Shown here piece after piece: positions 41,947 to 56,207 of a DNA stretch of 64,000 nucleotides (position 1 is its first letter; each line of letters starts with the position of its first letter). The DNA comes from the human T2T-CHM13v2.0 reference genome, Homo sapiens. The translations under genes were made by a program, and so were the position numbers. The DNA lies in assembly GCA_009914755.4 (NCBI GenBank), contig CP068257.2:34400001-34464000 (forward strand), written 5' to 3'. Below the pieces are notes generated by a model. The model made no database searches, had not been told where the DNA came from, and saw nothing but the letters and a program-made list of their open reading frames with translations.

Positions 41947-42261
41947 GCTAAAACTGTAGTTTCTTTTTTCTGAAATACAGTTCTATTTTTTCAAAAAGGA
42001 CAAAACTGTAATTTCTGTGGAAATGCTCAATCTAAAATAAAAAACATTTCTTTGATTTACTTTCCAGTTATATGATAATCACTGTTCTTTGTACCTTTAA
42101 GTATACAAATGTATGTTTTGGTAAACTGTTTCTCTCAAGTGCTTTTGTACATGAAACGTTTATACTGTGAGCTAAATCATGATCCCTACAGTAACAGAAT
42201 TCCCATTATATCAGTCCCTCTAAAACAGTTTTATCTTGCAGACCTAGTGACTACAGCTTAA

Positions 42262-42780
<519 letters not shown>

Positions 42781-42849
42781 ATCTACTTCTAAAACATACG
42801 AGGGCAGAAATGAGCAAGAGACAAGAACTCCAGGCAATATTAATACCGC

Positions 42850-43960
42850 ACTTCCGCAGTATAAGGTTCATTATTTGACCTAACGAAAGTCGGCATGTCC
42901 AGCTCCAGAGGCGAACGGCGGCTGGTTCGGTGCGGGTCCCAGCGCTCAGTCCACAGACCGCGCCGGGAAGTGTCCCCAAGACTCCCGGGCCCTCGCGCGA
43001 GCTGTCCACCATCACCCTGCTGAGGACCACGTGAAGCCCGGTGACCGCCACAGACACAGGCACCGTCCCCGCCCCCATAGTCCTCAAACTCTAGCCGTGA
43101 GGCCGTCCTACGGTCCGACACACACCGCTCCCGCAGCCATAGGCCAGCCAGGCGAGCATCGGACCTCGGGCCTCAGGCTCCTCAGCTTTACGCAGCGCGC
43201 CGGAGCAACATGCGCTAAGTGTAGGACTCCACAAGATGAGAGGTTACTGCAGCGCACACGATAATGCCTGCCCTGGAGGGGACCTGCGACCTAAACTCAG
43301 TTCTTTTTACGCTGATGAATGAAAGACTAAGGAACGCACCCCGCCGACTCTGCTCCCGTTACCCGGGCAACTGGAGGCCCGACCCGGAAGTCCTACTAGC
43401 TCACCTAGGCGCCGGCGGCCGCTTCCAAGATGGAGGCTGCAGTGGGCGGGCCCAAGGCACGTGGAAATACCAAACAGCCCCAGATGAAGGCAAGTTAAAG
43501 GAACCGGCCAAAACTGCAGAGGGAGAGGCTGAAGGCTGTCGCGCCTGCCTGGTGTCCTTAAGCAATCCAAGTCCTCAGTCTCCCGGGTCCGCCCCTTCCG
43601 CCGCGGGCGGCAGCTTCCGGCTCGCGCATGCGCAGTGTTCGCGGACTCGCCGCCAACGCCCAGTACAGTCGGGGACGAGGTCGGCACACCCACAGCCCCA
43701 TAACCCCTACGTCGAGTCAGGGGTCAGAAAACCCAGTAACCCGCAGGCGAGCAAGCTGCGCACTGAAAAGCCGGCCTGCGGAGTCTTTCCTTACGAAGTT
43801 AAACCACCTAGGGCGCGCGGCCCTGTTCGCCCAGACCTCGGGCTTTCCTGCCAGGCTGGGTTTGCCGGGTCGAGTCACTTTGCTCGCCAATCCCCGCCCC
43901 CATTCCACCGTTTCATTCTGGCCCCAGGACCCGCCTCACAGGAAAATTCTAAATAATATA
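42850..43960. promoter_or_regulatory. SETD4: CpG island / SETD4 promoter. It contains an NRF1-type palindrome GCGCATGCGC (43624-43633), several CCGGAAG/CTTCCGG ETS-GABP-like motifs, CCAAT boxes (tcgccaatcc about 43880, ccaatagcg about 43975) and the GC box ccccgccccc (about 43887)
   Basis: This is the highest CpG density in the window. There are long ORF artefacts on both strands and no TATA box. It lies about 2 kb upstream of the SETD4 ATG exon on the minus strand and about 9.5 kb upstream of the CBR1 promoter on the plus strand. Confidence 0.7.
43405..43700 (-). other. SETD4: Candidate SETD4 non-coding exon 1 (5' UTR) inside the CpG island; the 3' end is placed at the best donor, CCTAG|gtgagctag (GT at 43404-43403), and the 5' end (TSS) is only approximate
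   Basis: Exon 2 begins at an acceptor (41969), so there must be an upstream exon. The CpG island 2 kb upstream has ETS-like CCGGAAG motifs and an NRF1 palindrome. On the minus strand, the only strong GT donor downstream of those motifs is at 43404. Confidence 0.35.
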
Positions 43961-45587
43961 TCTAAATACCCCTTCTTCCAATAGCGGGAGCTCGATTTCT
44001 GCCCCACCCACCCCCACTTTGATTATGGGCTATGCCTAGTAACTTGATTCCAAAGAGTACAGCCTGGAATGGTGTTGGGGACTACAGTGGAGAAACCTGG
44101 CAAACAGTACCTTACCGGGTGGTCAAGGATAACATCAGGAAGAAATCATGCTGATAGCATGTTCCTGTGGTGTCTCTCTCCAAAACCCTTCTATGGAAAT
44201 CTTCTATGGGGGAAAAAAAATTAGTACTCCTAAACATGTTTTCTGTCATGAAAAACAAGTACAGTTGTCCCTTAGTGTCCGTGGGGGAATGGTTCCAGGA
44301 CCCTGCGGATACCAGAATTAGAATGCTCAAGTCCCTTGTATACAATGGTGTAAACCTAAGTAACAAAAGAGGCTCCCTAAAAGAAAATGAGATTTATCTG
44401 GGAGTAGCATTGCAATGGGAATATGCATGCCATAGTAAACTGTGTGCGTTTTGGGGGAGGTTGAGGCAAGGAGATGTTTTTAAAAGGAAAATGAAGATTA
44501 TATGAATTGCTTTAAATCAATTATCTTTGGCTAAAAGAATGAATAACAAAGGTAGCATCAGTCCAAAGTTGCTGGACAGATGTCCTTGCAGAAGGATTTT
44601 CTGTGTTTAAGATTGGGCCTTTCTGCAAGGTTAGGGTCTTTTGTGACAATTCTTGTTATGAGGCGTAGTGCATGAGAACCCTTCCTTCAAGGCCTTCCCC
44701 AGCTGCATTTATCAGGGTTTTGACACAAGTGACTCCATTTTGATTCTGCAACTTTCACAATGGTGTAATATTTGCATATAACCTATGCACATCCTCCCAT
44801 ATACTTTAAATCATCTCTAGATTACTTATAACATCTAATACAATGTAAATACTATGTAAATAGTGAAGGGGTGGCCTGCCGCTCCACACCTGTGGGTGTT
44901 TCTCATCGGGTGGGATGAGAGACTGAGAAAAAAAAGAGACACAGAGGCAAAGTATAGAGAAAGAAAAGTGGGCCCAGTGGACCGGCGCTCAGCATACGGA
45001 GCACAAATCCTATTTAAACTACAGATTCTAAACACAAATGATTTTATTCACCCCTGCCCCCCAACACTAAAAGATTTAAACACTAACATAGTTTCTAACA
45101 GCTGTAAACTAAACAAATCCTAAGCCCCTACTGACTGAATGGAACCCCTTTTGGCCAAGATGGCCCCAGAAAAAAACTTAGAAACTTAGTTCCCAGCCCT
45201 GATGGAATGTGAGGTCAGACATGCCTCATTATACCCTCTCTCTTTTACAGTTTAGATACAACTGGCCAGCATTGATGTTAAAATAGAGACCATGAGACTG
45301 ATGGAACAGACTTTTTGTGGCAATAAGATACAAAAATTATAAACAAGACCTAAGGCCATTCCAGGAAAGAGTTAAGTCACTTCAAGAATAAATTCTGTTC
45401 TAATGGTTACAAGTTTTTTCTTTTTCTCTAGCAGCTAAACAAGCACTCACCTCCACCTAAGCAATATTAAAACAATTACCGCTTGTGCACCACCAGATGT
45501 TAACTAACCCCCTGTTCCACAATGACAGAGCATCACCATCTTGGACAACCCCCTCATTCTAAAGTGCACCTTAATAAAAAACCGCCT

Positions 45588-45913
<326 letters not shown>

Positions 45914-46489
45914 TCAGCCTAATGGCTAAGGTCACCATGACCATAAATCACAAATAATATCTTCAACCAGAAACATTCTAAATTCCCCCCTGACCAGAGA
46001 CATGGTAGCCCCAAGATAAACCCCGTTCCATCTGGGAAGTGGGGAAGATGATAGCCCCGAGATAACACCCCTCAGGGCTGGAAAGATGTCCACCCCAAAA
46101 TAACCTCCCCTCTTCCCAGAGAGATTCCAACCCTGCCATGAACTTCTCCACACACATAAACATTCCAAGCTTGTGGTAAGCCCCCTCACCCTAAAACCAA
46201 TACATACTCTTAGTCTCTAAGAGAAAGAGTTCCTGACGGAAACAGGCCAGGAGCACCTGTCAGGTTTCATATAAGGTAAACCTGTCTCTAACTGCCAGCC
46301 GCGTTTAGTGTTCTTACGTCTTTCTTGAACTCTTATATTTGGTGCGGAAACCCAGGCCGGGTGCTGGGGGCAGAGGCTCTCTTGCAACCCAGGAAGCAGT
46401 GGGCAACCACAGCTGGTCCTGAGCTAATTTCTGGATCCTGAGGGTCTCGGGCCACCCGCTCCATCTTTTCTCTCACTTCACTTTTCCCT

Positions 46490-46555
46490 CATCCTCTCTT
46501 TTCCCTCTCTCTCTTTCCTTCTCTCTCTCTCTTTCTTTCTCTCTCTTCCTCATGC
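46490..46555. repeat. (CT)n/(TCTC)n polypyrimidine simple repeat inside the ERV relic
   Basis: The sequence reads ctctcttttccctctctctctttccttctctctctctctttctttctctctcttcctc. Confidence 0.8.
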
Positions 46556-47558
46556 GGCTGCAGTCCAAGAGGCCCTTTGCCAATTCCAACTGGAACATCC
46601 AACATCGGACACTAATCCAGCCAACTGGTAAGATCTGCCCTCCCCTGGCTTTCTCGCGGTACCCGGGAAAAGTCAGGTTGGCCGTCCGGTCCTCAGAGGA
46701 CCAGCAGAACTAAGCTAGAGGAAACCTTGGGGACGCCCAGTTTCTTCTCAACTTGACCATCCTCTTTAGTAAGAGGATTCTGGGTCTCTGTCTTTTGTCT
46801 GGGAATGCCTAGAACAAAAACAGACACCCTCTGCTTCTTCTCGCCAGTCCACATGGATGCCAAACAATCCCACATCCCTACACACACCACAAATAACATC
46901 TCCAACCGGAAAGATTCCAAACTCCTCCCCGACCAGAGACATGCTAGCCCCTAGATAAAGCCCCCTCCAGGCCAGGAAGATGCTGGCCCCAAGATAACCC
47001 CCCTCCAGGCCAGAAAGATGTCTGCCCCAAGATAACCTCCGCTCCTCCCAGAGAGATTCCAACCCTGCCATGACCTTCTCCACACACATAAATATTCCAA
47101 GCTTGTGATAAGCCCCCTTACCCTAAAACCAATACATACTCTTAGTCTGTAAGAGAAAGAGCTCCTGACCAAAATGGGCCAGGAGCGCCTCTCAGGTTTC
47201 ATCTAAAGTAGACCTGTCTCTAACTGCCAACGCATTTTTGCTTCTTTCCTCTTTCTCTAACTCTTACACACAAGCCATAACTACAGCTTTGATTAGACAA
47301 GAGACTGATTTCAACAACTTTCTCCTGATAAGAAGATCATGGACTATGGAATGGACTGGTTCTGGTTTACAGAGGCTGTGTACTTGCGTGCCTTGATGTC
47401 CTGAAAGACCTTTTGACAGATAGGGCCTAATGGTAATACATTTAAATGTCAAGTCACCATCCCAAAGTGAATATACATGAGTCGTATGTTACATGCATGT
47501 TTCTTCAATATGCATGTATCAGGACCACCTTCATGAATATTCACAGCTCCTCCTGTAA

Positions 47559-48015
<457 letters not shown>

Positions 48016-48304
48016 TCCTTTTCTAAATTTATACATTGTGAGTTGTTTTTGGTTTTTTCTTTTTTTTTTTTTTTAACACAGCTCAAGGCTGCATGGCTAG
48101 GATGACCCTATCACCCCTAGGATGACTCTAGCCCCTTCCTGAGAATGTTTAAGCTGCCAAAAAAAAGAAAAAATGTGTTTGTAATAACCAACTTCTGACA
48201 ATAGGCCCCTGACTGCCCTTTCTTAAAGCATTTACTAAAAACGGCTTAGAGCTGTGAATTCTCTCGGTCCCTTTGAGATGTATCTCCCACCCAGGAGTGT
48301 TTCT

Positions 48305-48606
<302 letters not shown>

Positions 48607-49229
48607 AAAGAATGTCTTTCTCAAGGACCTGAAAGCCATTCCTCTGAAATGTAATCATCAGAAATGATACGGCCTCTGTCTTTCAGTCTTTATAGTGGGA
48701 GAATAGAATCCCAACTTTGCTAATTGCCAGCTAACAGACACAGCTGGCCTAACCAACATTTCCACTGAGCAACCCTTGGCAATTTGTCATTTCCCTAACT
48801 CCTCCCACTTCCTGATCCTTCACTCTCCCTTTAAAAGGCACAGTCATCTCTGTACAAATGAAAGTTTGTTTCCACTGGACCCTCTTTCCTATTACAGGAG
48901 TTCATTATTGACTAAAATCTGTCCTTACCACCTTAGTGTCTGGCTTTATCTTTCACAGAATTCAGTAAATTGCTTGAGTTAAATAACTACTAAGCACCTA
49001 AGCCACAGATTGATTCCAGGTCTCAAAGTCCATGGTCTACCGCTGTAGAAAGGCTTATTGAATATCCTAAACAAGCATAAAATGCAAGAGGAACACAGCC
49101 AGTGTCAAGCAGATCCGTGAGGGTAAATAATCAAAGGAACGACCTGGAGAACCTCACAGTTCATAATTTAACAATATTATTTTCCAACATCTTTTCTTTT
49201 AATATATACCATGGAACTGTGTTTTGGGC

Positions 49230-49700
49230 TTTTTTGTTTTTGTTTTTGTTTTTAGATTCGGGGGTACATGTGCAGGTTTGTTACATCAGTGTATTGCCTG
49301 ATGCTGAGGTTTGGGCATCTAATGCTCCCAAGTAGAAAACATAGTACCCAATAGTTCGTTTTTCAACCCTTACCCCCTCCCTCCCCCTTTTGGAATCCCC
49401 GGTGTTATTGTTACCATCTTTTGTGTCCCTGTGTACTCAAATGTTTAGCTCCCACTTATAAGGGAGAACATGCGTTATTTGGTTTTCTGTTTCTGCGTTT
49501 GCACAATAGCCTCCAGCTGCATCCATGTTGCTGCAAAGGAAATGATTCCATTCTTTTTTGTGGGAACTATGTTCTTTAGTTGCTTTAAACTAGTGGGTAG
49601 TAGTGCTCGTTTGGGCAGCACATATACTAAAACCGGAATGATACAGACAAGATTTAGCATGGTGCCTGGGCAAGGATGACATGCAAATTCATGAAGCGTT
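49230..49700 (-). mobile_element. L1 ORF2 C-terminal region fragment (minus strand)
   Basis: The plus strand contains ctcccacttataagggagaacatgcgttatttggttttctgtttctg...catccatgttgctgcaaaggaaatgattc, which is the antisense of L1 ORF2. ORF 49475..49660 (-) contains ISFAATWMQLEAI, which resembles the ORF2 MSFVGTWMKLETI. Confidence 0.65.
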
Positions 49701-51553
49701 CCATTAAAAAAAAAACAGTGGGTAGTAAAGATATGAATTCATTCCACAGGTTAATTGATGTGATAAAATTCTTTATCTATATAGCATCCAATATAGTCTC
49801 AGACCTTTGATTCTCACAACTAAGGCATGTCTTCCAATTTAGCCAATAGCAGTAATAGCAGAGATCTGGAAACTCCATCTTTAAATTTCTGTTTTATTTC
49901 TTAAATTGTTCAGAATCCAGACAAGGTGCTACATATTGGAGGCTCTTCACACATACCACCAGAATCAAGACCCAGATGTAAGAGAGACAACAATACAAAA
50001 CCATCCAAGTAGAGCTTAATTCACAGGCTTTAAATTATGCTTTTCAAAAACAAATTTTCAAAAAGTTTCCCATAGTCAAACCCATCAGACATTTATGATT
50101 CTTCCCCTATTTTTATGCTTATAAAAGAAAGCATTTTCCCCTACTGAAAATAAAACTTTTACTTTTGTTTTCTTTTAGTTGTTTTATGGATTCATTTATA
50201 AATCACTGTTTCTCTCTCTTCGGAAATTATTTAGTGTATGTTGTAAGGGATCTTTTTTCTTTCCAATCATTATGCCCTTTCCCCAGTGCTAATTTTGGAA
50301 TAATTCTTTCCCTCACTAGTTGTTAAACCACCTTTATCATACAGTAAATTCTTGTTAATATATATTTTATATATTTTCCGGAGCATCCTGCCTAATGTAC
50401 CTGTCAATTCTTATGTTGGTTCCAGTCCTAAAAAAATAAATCAGACTCAAACTCATGATTCATAGTCCTCATAGGATTTGCCTTTTGAAACAGCAGGACC
50501 CTCACCCTGTCCAAAGTTCCCTGTACACCATGTGCTATTGCTGACTGGCCCTCTTAATAAATTTAATCCATCCACTCTAACACTAACTCACACCAGCTAC
50601 AGAAGACAGTAGCTAGTGCAGTGGAGAGAACCCAGCCAATGACAGACCCAACACGCACACACTGGGATAGGAAAGAAAATCCAAAACAGAGCTCTGAATT
50701 ATCCTGAGTGGAAAAAAAAAAACCAAAAACAAAATACTACAAACTGTATGACTCCATCTATGTAACATTTTTGAAACAACAAACTTGTAGAAATGGTGAA
50801 CAGATTAGTGGTTGCCATGAATTAGAGTTGGTTTGGGGAGTAACAGAGAGGTATGTTTGGTGATAAAAGTGCAACAGGAGGGCTCTTTGTGCTAATAGAA
50901 ACATTTTCATTTAACTATAGTGGTGGATACACAAACCAACATTTGATAAAATTATATAGGACTAAATACATACACAAAGTACACATCAAACTGGGGAAAT
51001 CTGAGTATGATTGGTGGACTGTTTTGTTGTCAATATCTTCACTGTGATGTTGTACTATACTTTTGCAATATGTTACTATTGAGTGAAACTGAGTAAAGGG
51101 TAAGGAATCTCTGTATTATTTCTTACAACTGCATGTGACTCTATAATTAGCTCGACAAAAATTTCAGTTGAAAAAAAGCAAGGGTCTTTCCTTGATTATT
51201 AACTTGTTTTAAAGCAACTGATTGGAAACCTACCTTGAAATTGCAATGTAATTGCAATCTATTTAAAGCAGTGGTGTTCAACAGACCTTTCTGCAAGGAT
51301 GGAAATATCCTAAATCTGTACTGCCCAATACAGTGACCACTAACACATGCACATATTGAGCACTGGAGATGTGGCTAGTGCAACTAAAAAACTGAATTAC
51401 AAATTTTGCTTAATTTGAATTTATGTTTAAATGGCCACCTGTGATAGTGGCAACCTATGGGACAGCACAGAAATGAAACTTGACCTTATTCCCAATTCCC
51501 TTGTAAGTAGGAAGGAGGAACACTCACTTTGAAACCATGCAATTGTCCCATAG

Positions 51554-51898
<345 letters not shown>

Positions 51899-52879
51899 TG
51901 GTCTCTTTTGAATAAACAAATTGACCCTCCCAGTCTAAAAACTTGAGAAATTTACATTTGTCTTATCTGAGTTCCTTTCTCAGGGAACTAGCCATCAGTC
52001 CTCCCAGATAGCACCAAGGAACTGAAACTTATCGGATCACCACATCTGGAAAATCAGACACCAGACCCCTCACCTGCAACAATTGCCTGATGCCTGTTGA
52101 CCCACTCCTCTTCATCTCTCCCTAACTCCTGCTATTTTCCCACATGCAGTTACATTTCTTCCCTGCTATATCCTAATTTTAATCAGTTGAGAAGATGGAT
52201 TTGAGACTGATCTCTCCCCCCTAGGCTGTAGCACCCAAATAATGCCTTCTTCCCTGACAATAATGGGGTCTCAGTGACTGGCTTTCTGTGCTGTGAACCA
52301 CCAGACCTAGACCAAACTCCTGGCATTTCTCTAACAATTTCCCACCACTGAACTAAGTTATAAATTCTGAGGATGGATCCCTGTTTCTTCATTTTAAGAT
52401 GGGGATTAAAAGGTACATCCTAGAGTGTTATTGTCCGTGTAAAATAGGGCTGTGAAACCCCCTACACCTATGCACAGATAAACTGATGGCCCTGCAAATG
52501 CCCAGAGAAGTAACCTTATAAAGATTTAGTGAATGTTTCCCACCATTATTGGAAAATCTGGCTAAGTCAGTAGCTTTGTTTTCATATACTTAGGGGGAAA
52601 ATCAACAAAAACTTGATGCCCTGTTATTTCCTTCCAGTTTCTTCTGCAACTCTAGCTCCAAAGACTGCAGTTCCTGCAGTATTTTTTTTTTTAGAACACC
52701 AGGAAAAAAAGAAAAAAAAACCATGCAAATGTACTATTTCTTCAAACACAACTAGGAATGATTGAACAGCTGGGAGAATATGAAGAAAACCCCTCAGAGA
52801 ACCAAGGGCAAGCAGTGAGTTCAGATCTAGGCACATGGCCACTAGGAATGGTTCTTCACTGCCACGTGGGCAGCCAACA

Positions 52880-53174
52880 GCCAGTAGCTAGAGACCAGCC
52901 TCGGTCTTCGGCCTGCGGGTTCTGCAAAGTCAGGCTAGCTGGCTCTCCGCCTGCTCCGCACCCCGGCGAGGTTCCGGTGGGGAGGGGTAGGGATGGTTCA
53001 GCCCCGCCCCGCTAGGGCGGGGCCTGCGCCTGCGCGCTCAGCGGCCGGGCGTGTAACCCACGGGTGCGCGCCCACGACCGCCAGACTCGAGCAGTCTCTG
53101 GAACACGCTGCGGGGCTCCCGGGCCTGAGCCAGGTCTGTTCTCCACGCAGGTGTTCCGCGCGCCCCGTTCAGCC
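52880..53174 (+). promoter_or_regulatory. CBR1: CBR1 CpG-island promoter and 5' UTR with GC boxes (ccccgcccc 53002-53010, gggcgggg 53015-53022) and GCGTG xenobiotic-response-like cores
   Basis: There is a sharp rise in CpG density and GC content beginning near 52880 and running through exon 1. Sp1-type GC boxes lie 150-170 bp upstream of the ATG, and there is no TATA box. I cannot place the TSS from sequence alone. Confidence 0.6.
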
Positions 53175-53463
53175 ATGTCGTCCGGCATCCATGTAGCGCT
53201 GGTGACTGGAGGCAACAAGGGCATCGGCTTGGCCATCGTGCGCGACCTGTGCCGGCTGTTCTCGGGGGACGTGGTGCTCACGGCGCGGGACGTGACGCGG
53301 GGCCAGGCGGCCGTACAGCAGCTGCAGGCGGAGGGCCTGAGCCCGCGCTTCCACCAGCTGGACATCGACGATCTGCAGAGCATCCGCGCCCTGCGCGACT
53401 TCCTGCGCAAGGAGTACGGGGGCCTGGACGTGCTGGTCAACAACGCGGGCATCGCCTTCAAGG
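53175..53463 (+). CDS. CBR1: CBR1 (carbonyl reductase [NADPH] 1) coding exon 1: ATG at 53175, encodes MSSGIHVALVTGGNKGIGLAIVRDL...NNAGIAFK plus 1 nt; donor GTATGG at 53464
   Basis: ORF track frame 53064..53537 contains MSSGIHVALVTGGNKGIGLAIVRDLCRLFSGDVVLTARDVTRGQAAVQQLQAEGLSPRFHQLDIDDLQSIRALRDFLRKEYGGLDVLVNNAGIAFK, which I recognise as the CBR1 N-terminus (SDR family, TGxxxGxG Rossmann motif). It sits in a CpG island, and the GT donor lies immediately after AAG G. Confidence 0.93.
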
Positions 53464-54008
53464 GTATGGGGAGGGGACGTGGCCTCCCCGAAGAAGAACC
53501 GATGCACTGGGGCTCCTGGCGTCTGCGGGGTCCATAACGCCTCCCTAGGGAGGAGAGGGAGGAGCTAGGAGATGCAGGGAGTGCAGAAACCTTGGAGAAA
53601 GTGAGAGTTTTCCAGCCAAAGGGAACTTTGTGTTTCCCTGGCTGGGACTCTTGGGGATCTTTTTCAGGTTTTCTGCAGTTTTTCTGAATTGAGCTTTAAG
53701 GCAACTGGATGGATTTTGAACTGATTTTAAAATAAACGACAAATTGCAAAAAGAAAAAATGGTTATGCCAAGATCCAGTGTGTGCACCCTTCATCCTCCT
53801 TCCCCCAATGGTGCCATCTTACAAAAATACTAGAACATGATCAAACCAGGAGATTGACATTGGCACAATACTGTAACCAGATACAGACTTACTTTAGGCA
53901 GAGGGCACTAAGTTTTTGTTTTTTTTTTTTTTTTTTTTTAGTATCATTGTATAGAATTTTACCCCATGGGTACAATGTATTAACTATGTTCTCTTTCTCT
54001 CCTAAAAG

Positions 54009-54116
54009 TTGCTGATCCCACACCCTTTCATATTCAAGCTGAAGTGACGATGAAAACAAATTTCTTTGGTACCCGAGATGTGTGCACAGAATTACTCCCT
54101 CTAATAAAACCCCAAG
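54009..54116 (+). CDS. CBR1: CBR1 coding exon 2 (108 nt): ..V ADPTPFHIQAEVTMKTNFFGTRDVCTELLPLIKPQ(G)
   Basis: Acceptor cctaaaag at 54001-54008. The exon reads tt gct gat ccc aca ccc ... aaa ccc caa g, followed by the donor gtgagtct at 54117. Phase is consistent with exon 1, and ORF track 54044..54256 shows MTMKTNFFGTRDVCTELLPLIKPQG. Confidence 0.93.
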
Positions 54117-55504
54117 GTGAGTCTGATGGGAAACAGCGCACCTTCTCTTTGGGGCTTGATTTGGCCCCTGCTTGCCTGGGATTTCTCCTGCAGGCTCCTG
54201 CTTCCTCTCCATGCTGCACGTGCACTGACCTCTGTGCTTTTTCTCCTGCCAGCTGATATGTGCCATTTTGCCTCAGGACTTTGTCCTCACTTCTCCCACT
54301 CCCATGGCCATTCGTCCTCCCTGTCGCACTGGTCTTTGCACACCTGGCTGACTCTCATCCTTCAGGTCTTAGCTCAAACGTCTCCTGAGAGATGCTCTTT
54401 ATTTGCTCCATTCCCCTCCGCGTGGGAGTCCATCCTGTACCCTTTCTCTGCTCTTTCAGAGAGATCTTATTCAGGCTGGTGGAGGCTTTACTACCACCAG
54501 TTCATTAGGCCCTTCTAATACCTGTCACCTGTCTGAAACACTCCTTAAGCTCCCAACCACATGGTTGTCTTGCTGCCTTTCCATCTCTTCCTGATGCCTT
54601 TCCCCACAATCTAAGATATTTCCAGAGGATCCCTATCCTTTTCCCTAAGTCGTTTGGGACACAGACCCCACCACCCACCCACCAGGATCCTGCAGGTCAC
54701 CATGCCCCACCCCTCATAATCATTTACTAGGTCCTAGGAGTTGTGCCCACTGAGTTCCTCCTGAATCCGTCTCATTGCAGCTCTACAGCAGGCCCTCACC
54801 TGTCCCTCTGGACAATTGCAAACCCTCACAAGGCACCTCTGGTCTTGAGTCTTTTCCTCTTTTCCTTTCCCAGCATCCTGCGTACTGTCTGCATGGTCAT
54901 GCCTCTCCCAAAATCCTTCAGGAGGAAAGTCCAAGCCCTTAGCATGGTTCACAGAGATGTCCATAATCTGCCGCTGCTTAACTCTGGGCCCATTTTAACT
55001 CCCCTTCAACGTGCTGAAGGTGCTGGACATGACTATCACATGTCTTTGGTTGTAAACTGCTGTGATAGTTACCCTAAGTAATGGGACAGGAGATGAACCC
55101 ACCCATTAAATAACACAGCAATTAAGCAGCCACTTTTAGAAAAATTTAAATGTGTGGCTTCGAGTTGGGTACTTGCATGTACAGCTTACTCTCAGCTTTT
55201 ATCCTGTTTCCCTGTCCTGTCGTCCTGTTAAGTTGTGCTACTTCTAAGGCTCTGGTTCACCAGGACCTCAAAGGGCAGCTCTTCCAAATCTCACCTGACT
55301 CTACTCAGCCAAAATTCGAAGGCAGGAATGAACTTCTTCATGCAACTACCACCACACTTTCTATGCGTATTCCTCTTAGAACTCATACCAGTAACTGTCT
55401 CTCATATGAAAATTTTCTGCTCCAAAATCCCTGCAAATTTGGCATTCACCTCTCTACGGGATTGTTGCACACCTTTCTACATAATGCTTTGTGGTGTATC
55501 TTAG

Positions 55505-55941
55505 GGAGAGTGGTGAACGTATCTAGCATCATGAGCGTCAGAGCCCTTAAAAGCTGCAGCCCAGAGCTGCAGCAGAAGTTCCGCAGTGAGACCATCACTG
55601 AGGAGGAGCTGGTGGGGCTCATGAACAAGTTTGTGGAGGATACAAAGAAGGGAGTGCACCAGAAGGAGGGCTGGCCCAGCAGCGCATACGGGGTGACGAA
55701 GATTGGCGTCACCGTTCTGTCCAGGATCCACGCCAGGAAACTGAGTGAGCAGAGGAAAGGGGACAAGATCCTCCTGAATGCCTGCTGCCCAGGGTGGGTG
55801 AGAACTGACATGGCGGGACCCAAGGCCACCAAGAGCCCAGAAGAAGGTGCAGAGACCCCTGTGTACTTGGCCCTTTTGCCCCCAGATGCTGAGGGTCCCC
55901 ATGGACAATTTGTTTCAGAGAAGAGAGTTGAACAGTGGTGA
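55505..55941 (+). CDS. CBR1: CBR1 coding exon 3 (terminal): (G)RVVNVSSIMSVRALKSCSPELQQKFRSETITEEELVGLMNKFVEDTKKGVHQKEGWPSSAYGVTKIGVTVLSRIHARKLSEQRKGDKILLNACCPGWVRTDMAGPKATKSPEEGAETPVYLALLPPDAEGPHGQFVSEKRVEQW, stop TGA at 55939-55941
   Basis: Acceptor ttag at 55501-55504, and the ORF track frame 55150..55941 ends with ...FVSEKRVEQW. The total CDS is 289+108+437 = 834 nt (277 aa plus stop), which matches the known CBR1 length. Confidence 0.93.
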
Positions 55942-56201
55942 GCTGGGCTCACAGCTCCATCCATGGGCCCCATTTTGTACCTTGTCCTGAGTTGGTCCAA
56001 AGGGCATTTACAATGTCATAAATATCCTTATATAAGAAAAAAAATGATCTCTTATCAATTAGCACTCACTAATGTACTACTAATTGAGCAACCTACGCAC
56101 TCAGTTGACTACGTAAATCTGTCAGGTCTTTTGTGATTTCCTCTGATGCAGGAGAGGAAAAATTGTAATTGATGAAAATAATGAATGAAAATCAACAGAT
56201 G

Positions 56202-56207
56202 AATAAA
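56202..56207 (+). terminator. CBR1: AATAAA polyadenylation signal, likely CBR1 3' end (about 265 nt after the stop codon)
   Basis: This gaataaatgg hexamer is the only canonical AATAAA I noted in the 600 nt downstream of the CBR1 stop, and a U-rich region follows it. Confidence 0.55.

Noticed and set aside
43264-43956. 230-aa plus-strand ORF (MPALEGTCDLNS...) in the CpG island
   Set aside because: It has extreme GC content and a Pro/Arg/Gly/Ala-rich, low-complexity translation. It overlaps promoter motifs and shows no recognisable domain. Long ORFs arise by chance in GC-rich islands because stop codons are depleted.
54117-54594. ORFs 54117..54518 and 54403..54594 (plus strand) downstream of CBR1 exon 2
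   Set aside because: They are intronic read-through of CBR1 intron 2. The genuine exon 3 acceptor is at 55504, and the translations are not protein-like.
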